Origin: Nitrospirota bacterium
GTDB lineage: Bacteria > Nitrospirota > Thermodesulfovibrionia > Thermodesulfovibrionales > Dissulfurispiraceae
Reading direction: 5' to 3'
NCBI GenBank assembly: GCA_963790025.1
Contig: CAWBMP010000002.1
Location: 480,001-544,000 of the forward strand
Length of the DNA stretch: 64,000 bases
Shown: in pieces, positions 18,775 to 28,995 of the stretch
How positions within the stretch are numbered: position 1 is the stretch's first letter
Layout of the letters: each line of letters begins with the position of its first letter
Notes under the pieces: model-generated
Databases searched by the model: none
Seen by the model: only the letters and a program-made list of their open reading frames with translations
What the model was told of the DNA's origin: nothing
Translations under genes and position numbers: made by a program

Positions 18775-18849
18775 TGGAGGCGACGAGCGGATTCGAACCG
18801 CTGGATAAAGGTTTTGCAGACCTCTCCCTTGCCACTTGGGTACGTCGCC
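18775..18849 (-). tRNA. tRNA-Cys(GCA)
   Basis: GGCGACG...GAGGTCT-GCA-AAACCTT...GGTTCGAATCC...CGTCGCCTCCA with encoded CCA. Confidence 0.97.
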
Positions 18850-18851
18850 GG

Positions 18852-18942
18852 AAATAAAGGTAAAGGAAGAGGTAAAGGTTAAGGCAGAGCCAGGGGTCTC
18901 CTTTTTATTTTCTTTACCTCAACCTTTACCTCTACCTATTTT
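18852..18942. repeat. Inverted arrays of (A/G)AGGT-type hexamers in the tRNA spacer
   Basis: AAAGGTAAAGGAAGAGGTAAAGGTTAAGG ... TTTACCTCAACCTTTACCTCTACCT. Confidence 0.7.
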
Positions 18943-18946
18943 TTAA

Positions 18947-19022
18947 TGGAGCGGGCGACGGGATTCGGACCCGCGACCCCAACCTTGGCAAGGTTGTGCT
19001 CTACCAGCTGAGCTACACCCGC
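18947..19022 (-). tRNA. tRNA-Gly(GCC)
   Basis: GCGGGTGTAGCTCAGCTGGTAGAGCACAACCTT-GCC-AAGGTTG...CGCCCGCTCCA; T-loop reads TCCGAAT. Confidence 0.95.
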
Positions 19023-19053
19023 AATTTACAACATGAAAAAACTTTATCCTAAA

Positions 19054-19083
19054 AATTTATCATAATTTTAATGTTTCTGTCAA
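19054..19083 (-). promoter_or_regulatory. Probable sigma70 promoter of the tRNA pair
   Basis: Perfect TTGACA (19078-19083), then TG-A-TAAATT after an 18-nt spacer. Confidence 0.6.
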
Positions 19084-19111
19084 TTATGGGGCAGTGGAAC
19101 TGAGGGATTTA

Positions 19112-20566
19112 TTAATATGCTCCCTCTTTATTCAGCACAACCCTCACCGTTTTAAATAGTATCACAATATCAAACCACAATGACCAATTCAGAACATACC
19201 ACGTATCAAGCTTGACTCTAAAATCATAGTTCATGTCATTCCTCCCGCTTGTCTGCCACAGACCTGTCATTCCCGGCTTCACCATAAAATAGTAGTCTGC
19301 ATACTCTTTATAATAATTATCTATTTCCTCCTGTAACACAGGGCGCGGCCCTACCAGGCTCATATTGCCCTTCAGTATATTTATGATCTGAGGCAGTTCG
19401 TCAAGAGAGGTTTCTCGCAACCACTTCCCAATCCTTGTCACTCTCGGATCATTCTTCAGTTTAAAAAAAGTTTCCCACTCCGCCCTGGCTAATGGGTCCC
19501 TTTCCAGAAATTCATTCAACTTTTCCCGGGCATCCAGGTACATGGTCCTTATTTTATAAACCCTTATCGATTTCCCTTTCTGCCCAATACGAATATGCGA
19601 ATAGAATACAGGGCCGGCCGAATCAATCTTAACGATAAGGCCGATCACTCCCACGATCAGCAAAAAAAAGGGGAAAAAAAGGAACGCCACAGTGAGATCA
19701 AAACTCCTCTTAACAAACCTGTTGAACAAGGACTTCAAGTTATTATTTATCTTCAGAAGAAAGAGCTGCTGCATGAAAAGATGATATAATTCGGTATTAA
19801 GAAGCGCTATGCCTTTAAGGTCCGGAACGAGCAGAACGCTCTTCGTGTATCGTTGAACAGCACTGGTAATCTCCGTCATTTTCTGAAGCGAAAGTGAAGG
19901 GATCGCAATAATAACTGTCGATATATCCAGCAGGTTCACAAATTTACTGAAATACCTGGTCTTTCCAAAAACTTTATATGCCGTATTATCAATGACGACC
20001 TCTGTACCCTTCTTTTGTTCATCATCATCGAGAAATCCGATAATCTTATAGCCGAGATGGTCTTCCCTGATAATTCCCCTGGCTGTTTCAACACCGGCAT
20101 TTCCCGCGCCGATGATTATGGCGTTTTCCCGCCAGAGGCCGGTTGCCGAGAGAATTTTCTTCCCGAATAATCTGAACAAAGGGAACAGCAGCAGGCTGTA
20201 AAACCACAAGAATAAAATTACCAAACGGGAAATGATATTGCTTAACTTTCCCAGAGATACGATGGCAAAAACAATTACTACCGATACTGTTACCGCCTTT
20301 ATTATTTCCCTCGTCTCATCCCAAAACGAGAGCCTCTTCATATACAGCATTTCATATGCAATGGCAATGATAAATATCAGAGGTACCCACAAAAACCGGA
20401 AAAAATGGACCAGCGGAAGATCAAATGATATAATGCCGGTAAACAAGGTATCAAGCAATTTTCGGGTAAAATAAGCGGAAACAAGCGCCCCATAAAACGC
20501 CAGCAAATCGGTCAGAACAAGTGCGGAGACACATGCCAATTCTTTATTTCTGTTACCATATCTCAT
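19112..20566 (-). CDS. wbaP: Undecaprenyl-phosphate galactose phosphotransferase
   Basis: N-terminal TMs, Rossmann-like IIGAG domain, KRSFD, KLKNDPRVT, SLDELPQ..N.LKGNMSLVGPRP. Confidence 0.9.
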   Translation of the reverse strand: MRYGNRNKELACVSALVLTDLLAFYGALVSAYFTRKLLDTLFTGIISFDLPLVHFFRFLWVPLIFIIAIAYEMLYMKRLSFWDETREIIKAVTVSVVIVFAIVSLGKLSNIISRLVILFLWFYSLLLFPLFRLFGKKILSATGLWRENAIIIGAGNAGVETARGIIREDHLGYKIIGFLDDDEQKKGTEVVIDNTAYKVFGKTRYFSKFVNLLDISTVIIAIPSLSLQKMTEITSAVQRYTKSVLLVPDLKGIALLNTELYHLFMQQLFLLKINNNLKSLFNRFVKRSFDLTVAFLFFPFFLLIVGVIGLIVKIDSAGPVFYSHIRIGQKGKSIRVYKIRTMYLDAREKLNEFLERDPLARAEWETFFKLKNDPRVTRIGKWLRETSLDELPQIINILKGNMSLVGPRPVLQEEIDNYYKEYADYYFMVKPGMTGLWQTSGRNDMNYDFRVKLDTWYVLNWSLWFDIVILFKTVRVVLNKEGAY

Positions 20567-21525
20567 ATTTTCATCTTTTTCCCCTCAACCCATGCCATGT
20601 TTTCTATATACCACTGCACTGTAGCTCTTATCCCCTTTTCAAAAGAGACCTTCTTTTTCCATCCAAGCTGTTTTTTGATTTTGGCAGAATCGAGTGAATA
20701 GCGGTAGTCATGGCCGGGCCTGTCTTTTACAAATTCTATCAGTTTTTCCGATCTCCCCATCAGGCGAAGAATCTCTCTGACGACTTCAATATTCTGTTTC
20801 TCCTCGCCGCTGCCCACATTATAAACATCGCCGGGACTGCCATGCTCCAAAACAGCAAATGCCGCATTAACGCAGTCAGAGACAAACAGCCATTCCCTTA
20901 TATTTTCTCCTCTGCCATAAACAGGGATTTTCTCGTTATTCATAGCTTTCAATATGACCACGGGGATCAGCTTTTCAGGGTATTGCCACGGGCCATAATT
21001 ATTTGAAGGCCTTACTGTTATTACCGGCAGGCCGTAGGTCCTGAAATATGCCCTCCCGAGCATATCGGCAGATGCCTTGCTGACCGAATACGGAGAGTTC
21101 GGGTTCAGAGGAGTGGCCTCATAAAAGCGCCCGTCAGCCTCAAGCTCTCCGTATACCTCATCCGTCGATATATTGACAAATCGTTTTATCCCGTATTGCC
21201 GTGATGCCTCAAGCAAACGTTGGGTCCCCTTGACATTAGTTTCCAGGAACGGGCCTGCATCCAGAATACTTCTGTCCACATGACTTTCCGCAGCCCAGTG
21301 AATAACGGCATCAGGCCTCTCGGTCTTGAAAATCTGTCGTATAAAATCCACATTACCGATATCAGCCTTATAAGAAGTGACTTTCTTTGCAACTTTCTGT
21401 ATTCTTGCCATGTCGCCGGCATAGCTGAGCGCATCAATAACACCGACAGAATACCCCCGCTTCACAGCCTGTCTTACAAATTCGCTCCCAATAAATCCTG
21501 CCCCACCGGTAATTAAAAGCTTCAC
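20563..21525 (-). CDS. rfbB: dTDP-glucose 4,6-dehydratase
   Basis: TGGAGFIGS, AAESHVDRSI, STDEVYG, YSVSK, DRPGHD. Confidence 0.96.
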   Translation of the reverse strand: MKLLITGGAGFIGSEFVRQAVKRGYSVGVIDALSYAGDMARIQKVAKKVTSYKADIGNVDFIRQIFKTERPDAVIHWAAESHVDRSILDAGPFLETNVKGTQRLLEASRQYGIKRFVNISTDEVYGELEADGRFYEATPLNPNSPYSVSKASADMLGRAYFRTYGLPVITVRPSNNYGPWQYPEKLIPVVILKAMNNEKIPVYGRGENIREWLFVSDCVNAAFAVLEHGSPGDVYNVGSGEEKQNIEVVREILRLMGRSEKLIEFVKDRPGHDYRYSLDSAKIKKQLGWKKKVSFEKGIRATVQWYIENMAWVEGKKMKI

Positions 21526-21567
21526 AATACCTCCTTAACATATTGCATTAATGTGAAAAAAAATAAT

Positions 21568-22416
21568 TCAAAAATCACATTTCTTTATGTATCTATCAAT
21601 AGCATTCTTCCAGTCAGGTATCTCCACACCCAGGTCTTTTGACACTTTTGCATTCGACATCGCGGAAAAGTAGGGACGCCTCGCGGCCTCGGTAAAGAAA
21701 TGCGAATCTACAGGCAATACCGTTCTCTTGAGTCCAAGTTTTGCAATATAATAGCGCGCAACCTCATACCGTGAGCCATATCCGCCGTTAGTCAAATGAT
21801 AAACACCCCTCAACCCTTTATCGAGAGCAGCAAGCGTATATTTAACGATATCCTCTGTATAGGTCGGCACAGAGACCTGATTGCATACGATCTTCAGGAT
21901 ATCCCTTTCCTTGGCCCACTCAGAAAGTTTATAAAGAAAGTTTGCCGTCCCGTGACCGAATACCCAGCTTACCCTGAAAAGCAGAAAGTCATCTGTCTCC
22001 CCTGCTATCAACCGCTCGCCTGACAGCTTGCTTTCGCCATATACATTTAACGGATAAGTGCTGTCCGTCTCAGTATAAAAATTTTCTTTAGCTCCGTCAA
22101 AAACATAATCGGTGCTGTAATGGACCAAAAATGCATTATTTTGGTTGCACACAGCCGCAAGATTTTTCACTCCGGTGGCATTCACACAAAAAGCGGCATC
22201 CCTGTCCTCCTCCGCTCTGTCCACAAGATTGTATGCGGAGCAGTTTATGACAACCGCAGGTTTGTTGTCTGAGATCGCTTCACAAACTGATTGATAATCA
22301 GACACATCGAGTTCTTTTTTGCTTAACGCAGTAATCTGGTAAGTTCCAGAGCGTTTGCAGTATCTCTGAAATTCCATGGCAAGCTGACCGTTTGCGCCGG
22401 TTATAAGTAATTTCAT
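21568..22416 (-). CDS. rfbD: dTDP-4-dehydrorhamnose reductase
   Basis: TGANGQLA, STDYVFDG, YGESK, RRPYFSAM. Confidence 0.95.
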   Translation of the reverse strand: MKLLITGANGQLAMEFQRYCKRSGTYQITALSKKELDVSDYQSVCEAISDNKPAVVINCSAYNLVDRAEEDRDAAFCVNATGVKNLAAVCNQNNAFLVHYSTDYVFDGAKENFYTETDSTYPLNVYGESKLSGERLIAGETDDFLLFRVSWVFGHGTANFLYKLSEWAKERDILKIVCNQVSVPTYTEDIVKYTLAALDKGLRGVYHLTNGGYGSRYEVARYYIAKLGLKRTVLPVDSHFFTEAARRPYFSAMSNAKVSKDLGVEIPDWKNAIDRYIKKCDF

Positions 22417-22425
22417 CCTCTCACT

Positions 22426-22977
22426 CTACTCAAAATTATTGTCCGCGTCTTTGAGGAAAGGGAGCACCCTGTCTTTTTCCGAAAGTATCGGGGCCCTTAC
22501 CGGCCAATCAATATTGATGGCTGGATCATTCCAGATTATTCCCCTGTCGTATTCTGGAGAGTATTCCTGAGTGCACTTATAAATGATTTCCGCTGTGACG
22601 CTTAAAGTCACGAACCCGTGGGCAAAAGACGGCGGGATATAAAGCAGCTGCCTGTTATCTTCGGACAGTTCAATGCCGGCCCATTTGCCATATGTCGGAG
22701 ATCCTTTGCGCATATCGACAGCAACGTCAAAGATCCTGCCCTTTAAACATCGCACCAGTTTACCCTGCGCCATAGGGTCCTTCTGGTAATGCAATCCTCT
22801 TAACACGTATTGTGCCGACTTCGAATGATTATCCTGAACAAAATATTCCGCTATGCCTTCCCGGGCAAAATCCGAATGCTTGTACGCCTCCATAAAAAAA
22901 CCCCGGGCATCACCGAAAATCGCCGGTGTGACCAATACTAGCTCATGCAGGGAAAGTCTTTTGAAAGTAAAAGGCAT
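22426..22977 (-). CDS. rfbC: dTDP-4-dehydrorhamnose 3,5-epimerase
   Basis: DARGFF, QDNHS, LRGLHYQ, FAHGF, WNDP. Confidence 0.96.
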   Translation of the reverse strand: MPFTFKRLSLHELVLVTPAIFGDARGFFMEAYKHSDFAREGIAEYFVQDNHSKSAQYVLRGLHYQKDPMAQGKLVRCLKGRIFDVAVDMRKGSPTYGKWAGIELSEDNRQLLYIPPSFAHGFVTLSVTAEIIYKCTQEYSPEYDRGIIWNDPAINIDWPVRAPILSEKDRVLPFLKDADNNFE

Positions 22978-22986
22978 CTTAACTCC

Positions 22987-23604
22987 TTATTGTGCTAATT
23001 TATACCACAGTGCCTTTTCAAATTCCAGCAGGACTATTTTCGCACTCTGACGGTCTTTCCACCAGCCCTTGAGTGTTACACTGGAATCCTGCGCAGGGAA
23101 TACATACATGGTCATACCATTTTTCCTGGCAAGACCGCTATAAACACGCCTTGCACGCGCAGTATGATAATCAGAGGTGACTAAAATAAATGACTTTGCA
23201 CCCAACTTTCTTAGCAGCTTGACATTAACCTGCGATTCGCCCTCCGTGCTCATCTGGACAAGCCTTTCATCAGACCAGGCGGCAAACTCAGGCCCAATGC
23301 CGCTTGCTTTTAATTGCCGCAAAAACAGTTCTGCATTGGTTATCTTCCAGTAAACAGGACCGCCCCAAAACACTATTTTTTTTCCGTATCCACCCTTAAA
23401 CAGACTGATCGCCGTCATAAGACGGTCGCCGGTATAATCTCCCTGCAGTACAACGATAGCGTCGCAAGGTTTAATATCATCTTTATATACAAGTTGATTT
23501 GCCAGATAATTTAAAACAGGTTCGTGTACAAGAGCAAGAATAAATAAAAGGACGGCACATAAAACAATTATATTGGTTTTAGATATTAATTTTCTTTTGG
23601 GCAT
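22987..23604 (-). CDS. YdcF/DUF218 family protein
   Basis: N-terminal TM, DAIVVL, LVTSDYHTARA, WW...E.EK. Confidence 0.8.
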   Translation of the reverse strand: MPKRKLISKTNIIVLCAVLLFILALVHEPVLNYLANQLVYKDDIKPCDAIVVLQGDYTGDRLMTAISLFKGGYGKKIVFWGGPVYWKITNAELFLRQLKASGIGPEFAAWSDERLVQMSTEGESQVNVKLLRKLGAKSFILVTSDYHTARARRVYSGLARKNGMTMYVFPAQDSSVTLKGWWKDRQSAKIVLLEFEKALWYKLAQ

Positions 23605-23621
23605 ATTCCATCAGACATTAT

Positions 23622-24503
23622 TCAACATTCAGCTTTCAACATTCTTAATAGGTACTGACCGTACCCGTTCTTTTTAAGAGGTCCGGCAAGTTTTAAAACC
23701 TGTTCCTTATCGATATATCCTAGAGAGTATGAAATTTCTTCGATACATGCAATCTTCAGACCCTGCCTTCTTTCTATAGTAGCAATAAACTCACCAGCCT
23801 CAAGCAGGCTTTCGTGGGTCCCCGTGTCAAGCCATGCATAACCCCTTCCCATGAGTTCAACCCTCAATTTTCCCTCTTTCAGGTACTCCTTGTTTACATC
23901 CGTTATCTCCAGTTCGCCGCGGCCGGACGGCTTAATATTTTTGGAAATTTCAATCACGTTGTTATCATAAAAATAGAGCCCCGTTACAGCATAATTCGAT
24001 TTAGGCTCTTTGGGCTTTTCCTCGATGGAAAGTACCTTGCCGCTATTGTCGAATTCTACTACGCCATATCGCTCCGGATCGTTCACGTAGTAACCAAACA
24101 CTGTAGCACCGTCCCCAGCTGCAATATCACCCATGGCTTTCTTCAGCAAAGCCGTAAAACCATGACCGTAAAAGATATTATCGCCCAGAACCAGGCATAC
24201 GCTATCGCTTCCGACAAACTTTTCCCCCAGCAAAAAGGCCTCGGCAATGCCTTTCGGCTCTAATTGCTCCATATACGAAAAACTTAATCCCAATTGTGAG
24301 CCGGTATTGAAAACTTCCCTGAACCTCGGTAAATCCTGGGGTGTTGAAATAATCAGGATCTCCCGAATGCCCGCAAGCATCAACACAGAGAGCGGATAGT
24401 AAATCATTGGCTTATCATATACAGGGAGGAGTTGCTTGCAAACCGACAGGGTCACAGGATACAGCCGTGTGCCGCTCCCTCCCGCAAGTATTATACCCTT
24501 CAT
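23622..24503 (-). CDS. rfbA: Glucose-1-phosphate thymidylyltransferase
   Basis: [40 protein letters not shown]; start ATG 24503. Confidence 0.97.
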   Translation of the reverse strand: MKGIILAGGSGTRLYPVTLSVCKQLLPVYDKPMIYYPLSVLMLAGIREILIISTPQDLPRFREVFNTGSQLGLSFSYMEQLEPKGIAEAFLLGEKFVGSDSVCLVLGDNIFYGHGFTALLKKAMGDIAAGDGATVFGYYVNDPERYGVVEFDNSGKVLSIEEKPKEPKSNYAVTGLYFYDNNVIEISKNIKPSGRGELEITDVNKEYLKEGKLRVELMGRGYAWLDTGTHESLLEAGEFIATIERRQGLKIACIEEISYSLGYIDKEQVLKLAGPLKKNGYGQYLLRMLKAEC

Positions 24504-25429
24504 GCGTCCTTCCTTTTGAGTGGTCCGTTCCACCAGTAATTATGCATGCTCATTTTCTTCGATATACTCTTTGGAATGGTTGTATAATGTTTTCCGAGAA
24601 AATAACCCATGTATTTTAAACCATTTCGCAAAAAAAATTCAGGCACCAGGCAGTACTTCCTCCTTGCCGCCAAATAACGGAATTCAGACTTGAGGTATTG
24701 AATTCCTTCACCCTCTGCTTTGCCGAACTTTTCCAGCAGCCATTCTTCCGACCTGTGAAATACCCCTGTATCGAAATATCTTTTAAAATCCTCGGTCACG
24801 GTATAGTTGTGCGAATGATAAACGATTGCATCCGCCGCATAGGCCAGACTGTAACCGGAAAGCAATATGCGGGCGCCCGCATGCATATCTTCGCCCATTA
24901 TTAGGTCCTCCTTGAAATAACCAATTTTACTCAGAACGTTCCGCCGGTATGCTGCAAACGAGTTCGAAATAAAAGCGGCCCTGATTCCCTTGGTCCCGTC
25001 ATTCAGCGAACGCACATGTGAAACATCGGAATAATTGAAGAACCTGATATGCTCGGCAAATGTTGTAGCTTCGGGATACGGCAACTGCCTTCCATATGCC
25101 GCTCCAATTCCGGGGTCTGCAGAAAACGGCTTTAGCAGCTTCTCAATTGCGTCACTCCGCGCAGGCAAGGCGTCATGCGTGAGGAAAATAATAATGTCTC
25201 CTTTGCTGCGCCGCACCCCGAGATTTCTTGTTTTGCCGTGGCCGAATTCCTCTCTTGCAATGTTGACTACAACAGCGCCGAATTTTTCGGCAATGGCCGG
25301 CGTATTGTCTGTTGAGGCGGAATCGACAACGATTATCTCCTCCGCCAAAACCGTCTGCGCCAGTATACTTTCAAGCAGAGCCGGCAGATAGAGCGCAGAA
25401 TTGATGGTGGGAATGACAATGCTAACCAT
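24500..25429 (-). CDS. GT2 rhamnosyltransferase, WbaN/RfbN-like
   Basis: [33 protein letters not shown] motifs. Confidence 0.75.
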   Translation of the reverse strand: MVSIVIPTINSALYLPALLESILAQTVLAEEIIVVDSASTDNTPAIAEKFGAVVVNIAREEFGHGKTRNLGVRRSKGDIIIFLTHDALPARSDAIEKLLKPFSADPGIGAAYGRQLPYPEATTFAEHIRFFNYSDVSHVRSLNDGTKGIRAAFISNSFAAYRRNVLSKIGYFKEDLIMGEDMHAGARILLSGYSLAYAADAIVYHSHNYTVTEDFKRYFDTGVFHRSEEWLLEKFGKAEGEGIQYLKSEFRYLAARRKYCLVPEFFLRNGLKYMGYFLGKHYTTIPKSISKKMSMHNYWWNGPLKRKDA

Positions 25430-26426
25430 AAAAAAGTTTTCGCGCCTTTGATCTCAATATCTCTCTGCTCCAAACAGGCGTCATTACTTCCGCCAAATAT
25501 TTATCCGACATCTTTTTATTCTTCATGATTTGCTTTCTCTCCCGTAACATCTCCGGCAGCATGCGAAGGGCGTCCCTCTTTGCTTTGAAAAACATCTTGG
25601 CTTTTCCGTATTTAACAGCAAAGTACATAAATTCCGCTATCGAGCCCAGAATAAATTCAGGGAGGCAGCGCATCAACAAATTAAAAGGAACATTCTTAAT
25701 CCTGACAAATTCACTATTTCTCAGGGTATAGTATACAGCCATATCACTCATATGTCCTATTGAGGACCTGACCTTGTGGCCTACGACGGCTGTAGGAACA
25801 TACACAACTTTCCAGCCATATAACTGCGCCCTGAAATTTAGGTCGGTATCTTCGTGAATAAGAAAGAAATTCTCATCGAGAAAGCCTATATCCTCTATCA
25901 TACTCCTCCGGTACAGAGCTGCACCGGCGCAAGCTCCAAATACGTATTTCTGCACGCTGTAGCGTTCCGCCTCTTCTCCTTCTCCATGTTTAAATCCCTT
26001 TAGCAAGGTTGAAAATCCGTCACCGGCACTATCTATAATGCCTGTACCATAGACGAGCATCTTCGAAGCGCATATGCCGGCTTCGGGGTGTGTATTCATA
26101 GCCTTTACAAGTTCCTCAAGCCATAGCCGGTCCGGCTCGGTATCGTTATTTAAAAGAGCAATATACTCTCCCCTAGCATATTTCATCCCTTCTATATTCC
26201 CTCCTGAAAAACCTGTATTGGATTTCAGGGGGATTAACTTAGCCGCTGTGGAAGAAGAGCTCAGGGCGAGGAATTCCTGAATTGCGCGCAATGAATCATC
26301 CGAAGAACCGTTGTCAATTACGATAATCTCAAAGTCCCTGAAAGTCTGAAACATCAATGCCCGAAGGCACTCTTGAGTAAGATTCCCCCCATTGTAATTC
26401 AATATGAGTATGCTTACTTTAGGCAT
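25422..26426 (-). CDS. GT2 glycosyltransferase
   Basis: IDNGSSD, LLNND, ACAGAALYR, EDTDL. Confidence 0.88.
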   Translation of the reverse strand: MPKVSILILNYNGGNLTQECLRALMFQTFRDFEIIVIDNGSSDDSLRAIQEFLALSSSSTAAKLIPLKSNTGFSGGNIEGMKYARGEYIALLNNDTEPDRLWLEELVKAMNTHPEAGICASKMLVYGTGIIDSAGDGFSTLLKGFKHGEGEEAERYSVQKYVFGACAGAALYRRSMIEDIGFLDENFFLIHEDTDLNFRAQLYGWKVVYVPTAVVGHKVRSSIGHMSDMAVYYTLRNSEFVRIKNVPFNLLMRCLPEFILGSIAEFMYFAVKYGKAKMFFKAKRDALRMLPEMLRERKQIMKNKKMSDKYLAEVMTPVWSREILRSKARKLFYG

Positions 26427-26466
26427 GTATACATAGGCCGCAATTCTGAAGATGCCCAGACTATTC

Positions 26467-28992
26467 TCATATCGGTACGCCGCCGCGAAAACGGCGCCAG
26501 GGGATCAGACAACAAAAAATTGACGCGATGGAAACCCCGGTCCCATAGAAAAAAGACCTCGGCTTATACTCAAGAACGATTTCCTTATCCCCTTTTTCGA
26601 GGAATATACCCCTGAAGGCCCCATCAGCCTCATAAATGGGACGCGCATCACCATCGACTTTTGCCACCCAGCCGGGATAATATGTATCGGTAATCACCAA
26701 CATCCGGCCTTTTTGCGGATTCTCAATCGCAAGCACGATTTTCTGCGCGCTCATCTCTCTTATCTTCACTTCTGTAGGAGAAAGGCCCCTGCCCGGATTA
26801 TTTACTTTAAAACCACTCTCTTTTGATGTGATGACCGCCTGGTCCCTTAAGTCAAGTGTTCCCATCATGTCGAGAGCGTCTTTAGTGCTCCCTGAGACTT
26901 TGACATCAGAAACCACGAAAGCACGCGGATATGCCGCGGCATTCTCCCAGATCTGGGCCTCATTATTGTATATCCGGACCATTCCGCTGTCATTTAAACC
27001 CTTTTCCGGAGAGGTGACAATATATCGTGCGCCAATAAGGTCATAATATTTCTTATATGTCAACAATGCTTCTCTTGCACTGCCTCCGGTCCGGAAGCCG
27101 TTATCACCGTCGAAGAAAACAGGATTGGCATGGGGATCGAGGTATCTTTTAGCGAACTCATTAACATTTCCGGGAACAAGTGCTTCGCAGACATTAAGAC
27201 CATAAATTCCAAAGGCGGAGTGGAAGTTGCCGGTCAGGAATCCATCCAGAGAGAACGCTCTCTCGTAATTATTCAGCTGCCTTTCCTTCAGAAATGTGAT
27301 AAAAGATGATCCCCTAAAAAGATCTCTGTTCACTGGCGGTCCTTTTTTTGAGATAATAAAACTTGCAGACATCGCAGTAATAGACACAATAACAAGAAGT
27401 CCGGCTGCAAGGCGTTTTCCTTCGGAAGCAATGATAACTCCTGATGATAAAATGAAAACAGAGGCGATTCGTAATAATTCGACACCCGGCTTCAACCCAA
27501 ACTGTGTAAGGACCATCAACTCTGCTGAAAGGAGAATGATTACTGCAAAAGCCTCCCGGCCTGTATTTTGTCTTACTATTAAAAACCAGAGCAATCCCAT
27601 GAAGATAGTTGTTATTGCAAGTGACCCCAGCACCAATGTGTTGAGCTTCGCTGTAATCAGCCCTGTAACTGGCGATAACAGTATGGCAATGAGGATAAGG
27701 GTAGCAATAAACGCCCTTTGCCTAACCTCTGTATTGGTATTCGTCAGTATCTCCTGGGTTCCCACAGCCGCAACGGTAGCGAAAGACATAGTCAAAGCAG
27801 CGCCGCTGTATCGGGTAATCCAAAAATGTTTCAGAACAGGCAACGCCCCCAACCACTGTAATGGCGGGAACCCGTAGATTTTCATCAATAATATCCCTGC
27901 AGCGATCATCATAAATTTTGAAATATCATTAAAAGCTTTCTCTCCCCTTGAAAGAATGCCGAGAATAACGAGATAGGCCCCTATAACTCCTGTGTATCCT
28001 CCGATATAGTTCCATGAGAAAATTGCTTTGGCGCCCGGAGATATATAATGGCCGGCATGTCCCAACAATTGAGGAATGACCTGAAATACCATAATTCTGG
28101 CGTTAAGGTACATCTTTCCCAATCCGGCCCTGCCTGGATCGGTATTCTGGAAATACTCCCAGACAGACATTAAGAGCGGCATCGCCATTAAAATACCCAT
28201 CGGATACATGGTAAGCGGGCCGAAAGCCTCTCCTTTTTTGCAGCCTTCTGCATGTTTCTGCCACCCCCTGAAAAATGAGTAGCTTCCTGCAAACAAGGCA
28301 TTGATTATTGATATTTCCGGTTGCCCCGAAACAACCAAAAAACTAAAGGAAAGGGCCGCCCAAAGAAGATTTTTCCGAGACCAACTGCCATATAATCTTT
28401 CAAAAAAATACAGGACAACAGGGAGCATGATATCGCTGTTAAATGCAGGTTCAAGCCTGAAATAAAGTACTACGGAACCTGAAAGCACATAGAGGAGAGC
28501 GCCCGAAACAGCAGCCAGAGGTTGGAGCCCAACGCGTCGCAAAAAAAGAAAAGTAAAAGATCCCGCAGCGAAAAATCTCACCATATACATGACGCTCCAC
28601 ATATATGAGGGCATAATATCCTGCAGGGTTTGCAGTGGAAAAAGAAATGCAGACTGAATATTCGCCAGGAAAGGAATGCCTGTGAGACTATAGGGATTCC
28701 ACAGCGGTATGTTCCCTTTCTTCAAGGCATCACCAGCCATTTTATCCCATGGCAATATTTGCAGCGAACCACCGGGATCAATCGAAAGGTCTCCTGCCGG
28801 AGAACGGACAGGTTCATGGTAAAAGCCAGACGGGAATACACTCGGGGTCGGATAGGAGGGCAGCAGACTATATCCCAGAATTATCGGTAACCCAAATACA
28901 ATAAAAATCACTGCAAACAAGAAAAATACCGGCAGTGATTTTTCGTTTTCACGCAACCGGCTTAAAAAGGCCATCACCCCAGCCCTCTGCAT
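26467..28992 (-). CDS. YfhO-like multi-TM GT-C family protein
   Basis: PLWNPYSLTG.P.LAN.QS, many TMs, YPRAF, DTYYPGW.A.VDG C-terminal motif. Confidence 0.8.
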   Translation of the reverse strand: MQRAGVMAFLSRLRENEKSLPVFFLFAVIFIVFGLPIILGYSLLPSYPTPSVFPSGFYHEPVRSPAGDLSIDPGGSLQILPWDKMAGDALKKGNIPLWNPYSLTGIPFLANIQSAFLFPLQTLQDIMPSYMWSVMYMVRFFAAGSFTFLFLRRVGLQPLAAVSGALLYVLSGSVVLYFRLEPAFNSDIMLPVVLYFFERLYGSWSRKNLLWAALSFSFLVVSGQPEISIINALFAGSYSFFRGWQKHAEGCKKGEAFGPLTMYPMGILMAMPLLMSVWEYFQNTDPGRAGLGKMYLNARIMVFQVIPQLLGHAGHYISPGAKAIFSWNYIGGYTGVIGAYLVILGILSRGEKAFNDISKFMMIAAGILLMKIYGFPPLQWLGALPVLKHFWITRYSGAALTMSFATVAAVGTQEILTNTNTEVRQRAFIATLILIAILLSPVTGLITAKLNTLVLGSLAITTIFMGLLWFLIVRQNTGREAFAVIILLSAELMVLTQFGLKPGVELLRIASVFILSSGVIIASEGKRLAAGLLVIVSITAMSASFIISKKGPPVNRDLFRGSSFITFLKERQLNNYERAFSLDGFLTGNFHSAFGIYGLNVCEALVPGNVNEFAKRYLDPHANPVFFDGDNGFRTGGSAREALLTYKKYYDLIGARYIVTSPEKGLNDSGMVRIYNNEAQIWENAAAYPRAFVVSDVKVSGSTKDALDMMGTLDLRDQAVITSKESGFKVNNPGRGLSPTEVKIREMSAQKIVLAIENPQKGRMLVITDTYYPGWVAKVDGDARPIYEADGAFRGIFLEKGDKEIVLEYKPRSFFYGTGVSIASIFCCLIPWRRFRGGVPI

Positions 28993-28995
28993 GCC

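Noticed and set aside
18775..19112. tRNA-anchored integrative element
   Set aside because: The glycan locus abuts the 5' side of the tRNAs, and I saw no integrase or duplicated tRNA 3' end in the window.
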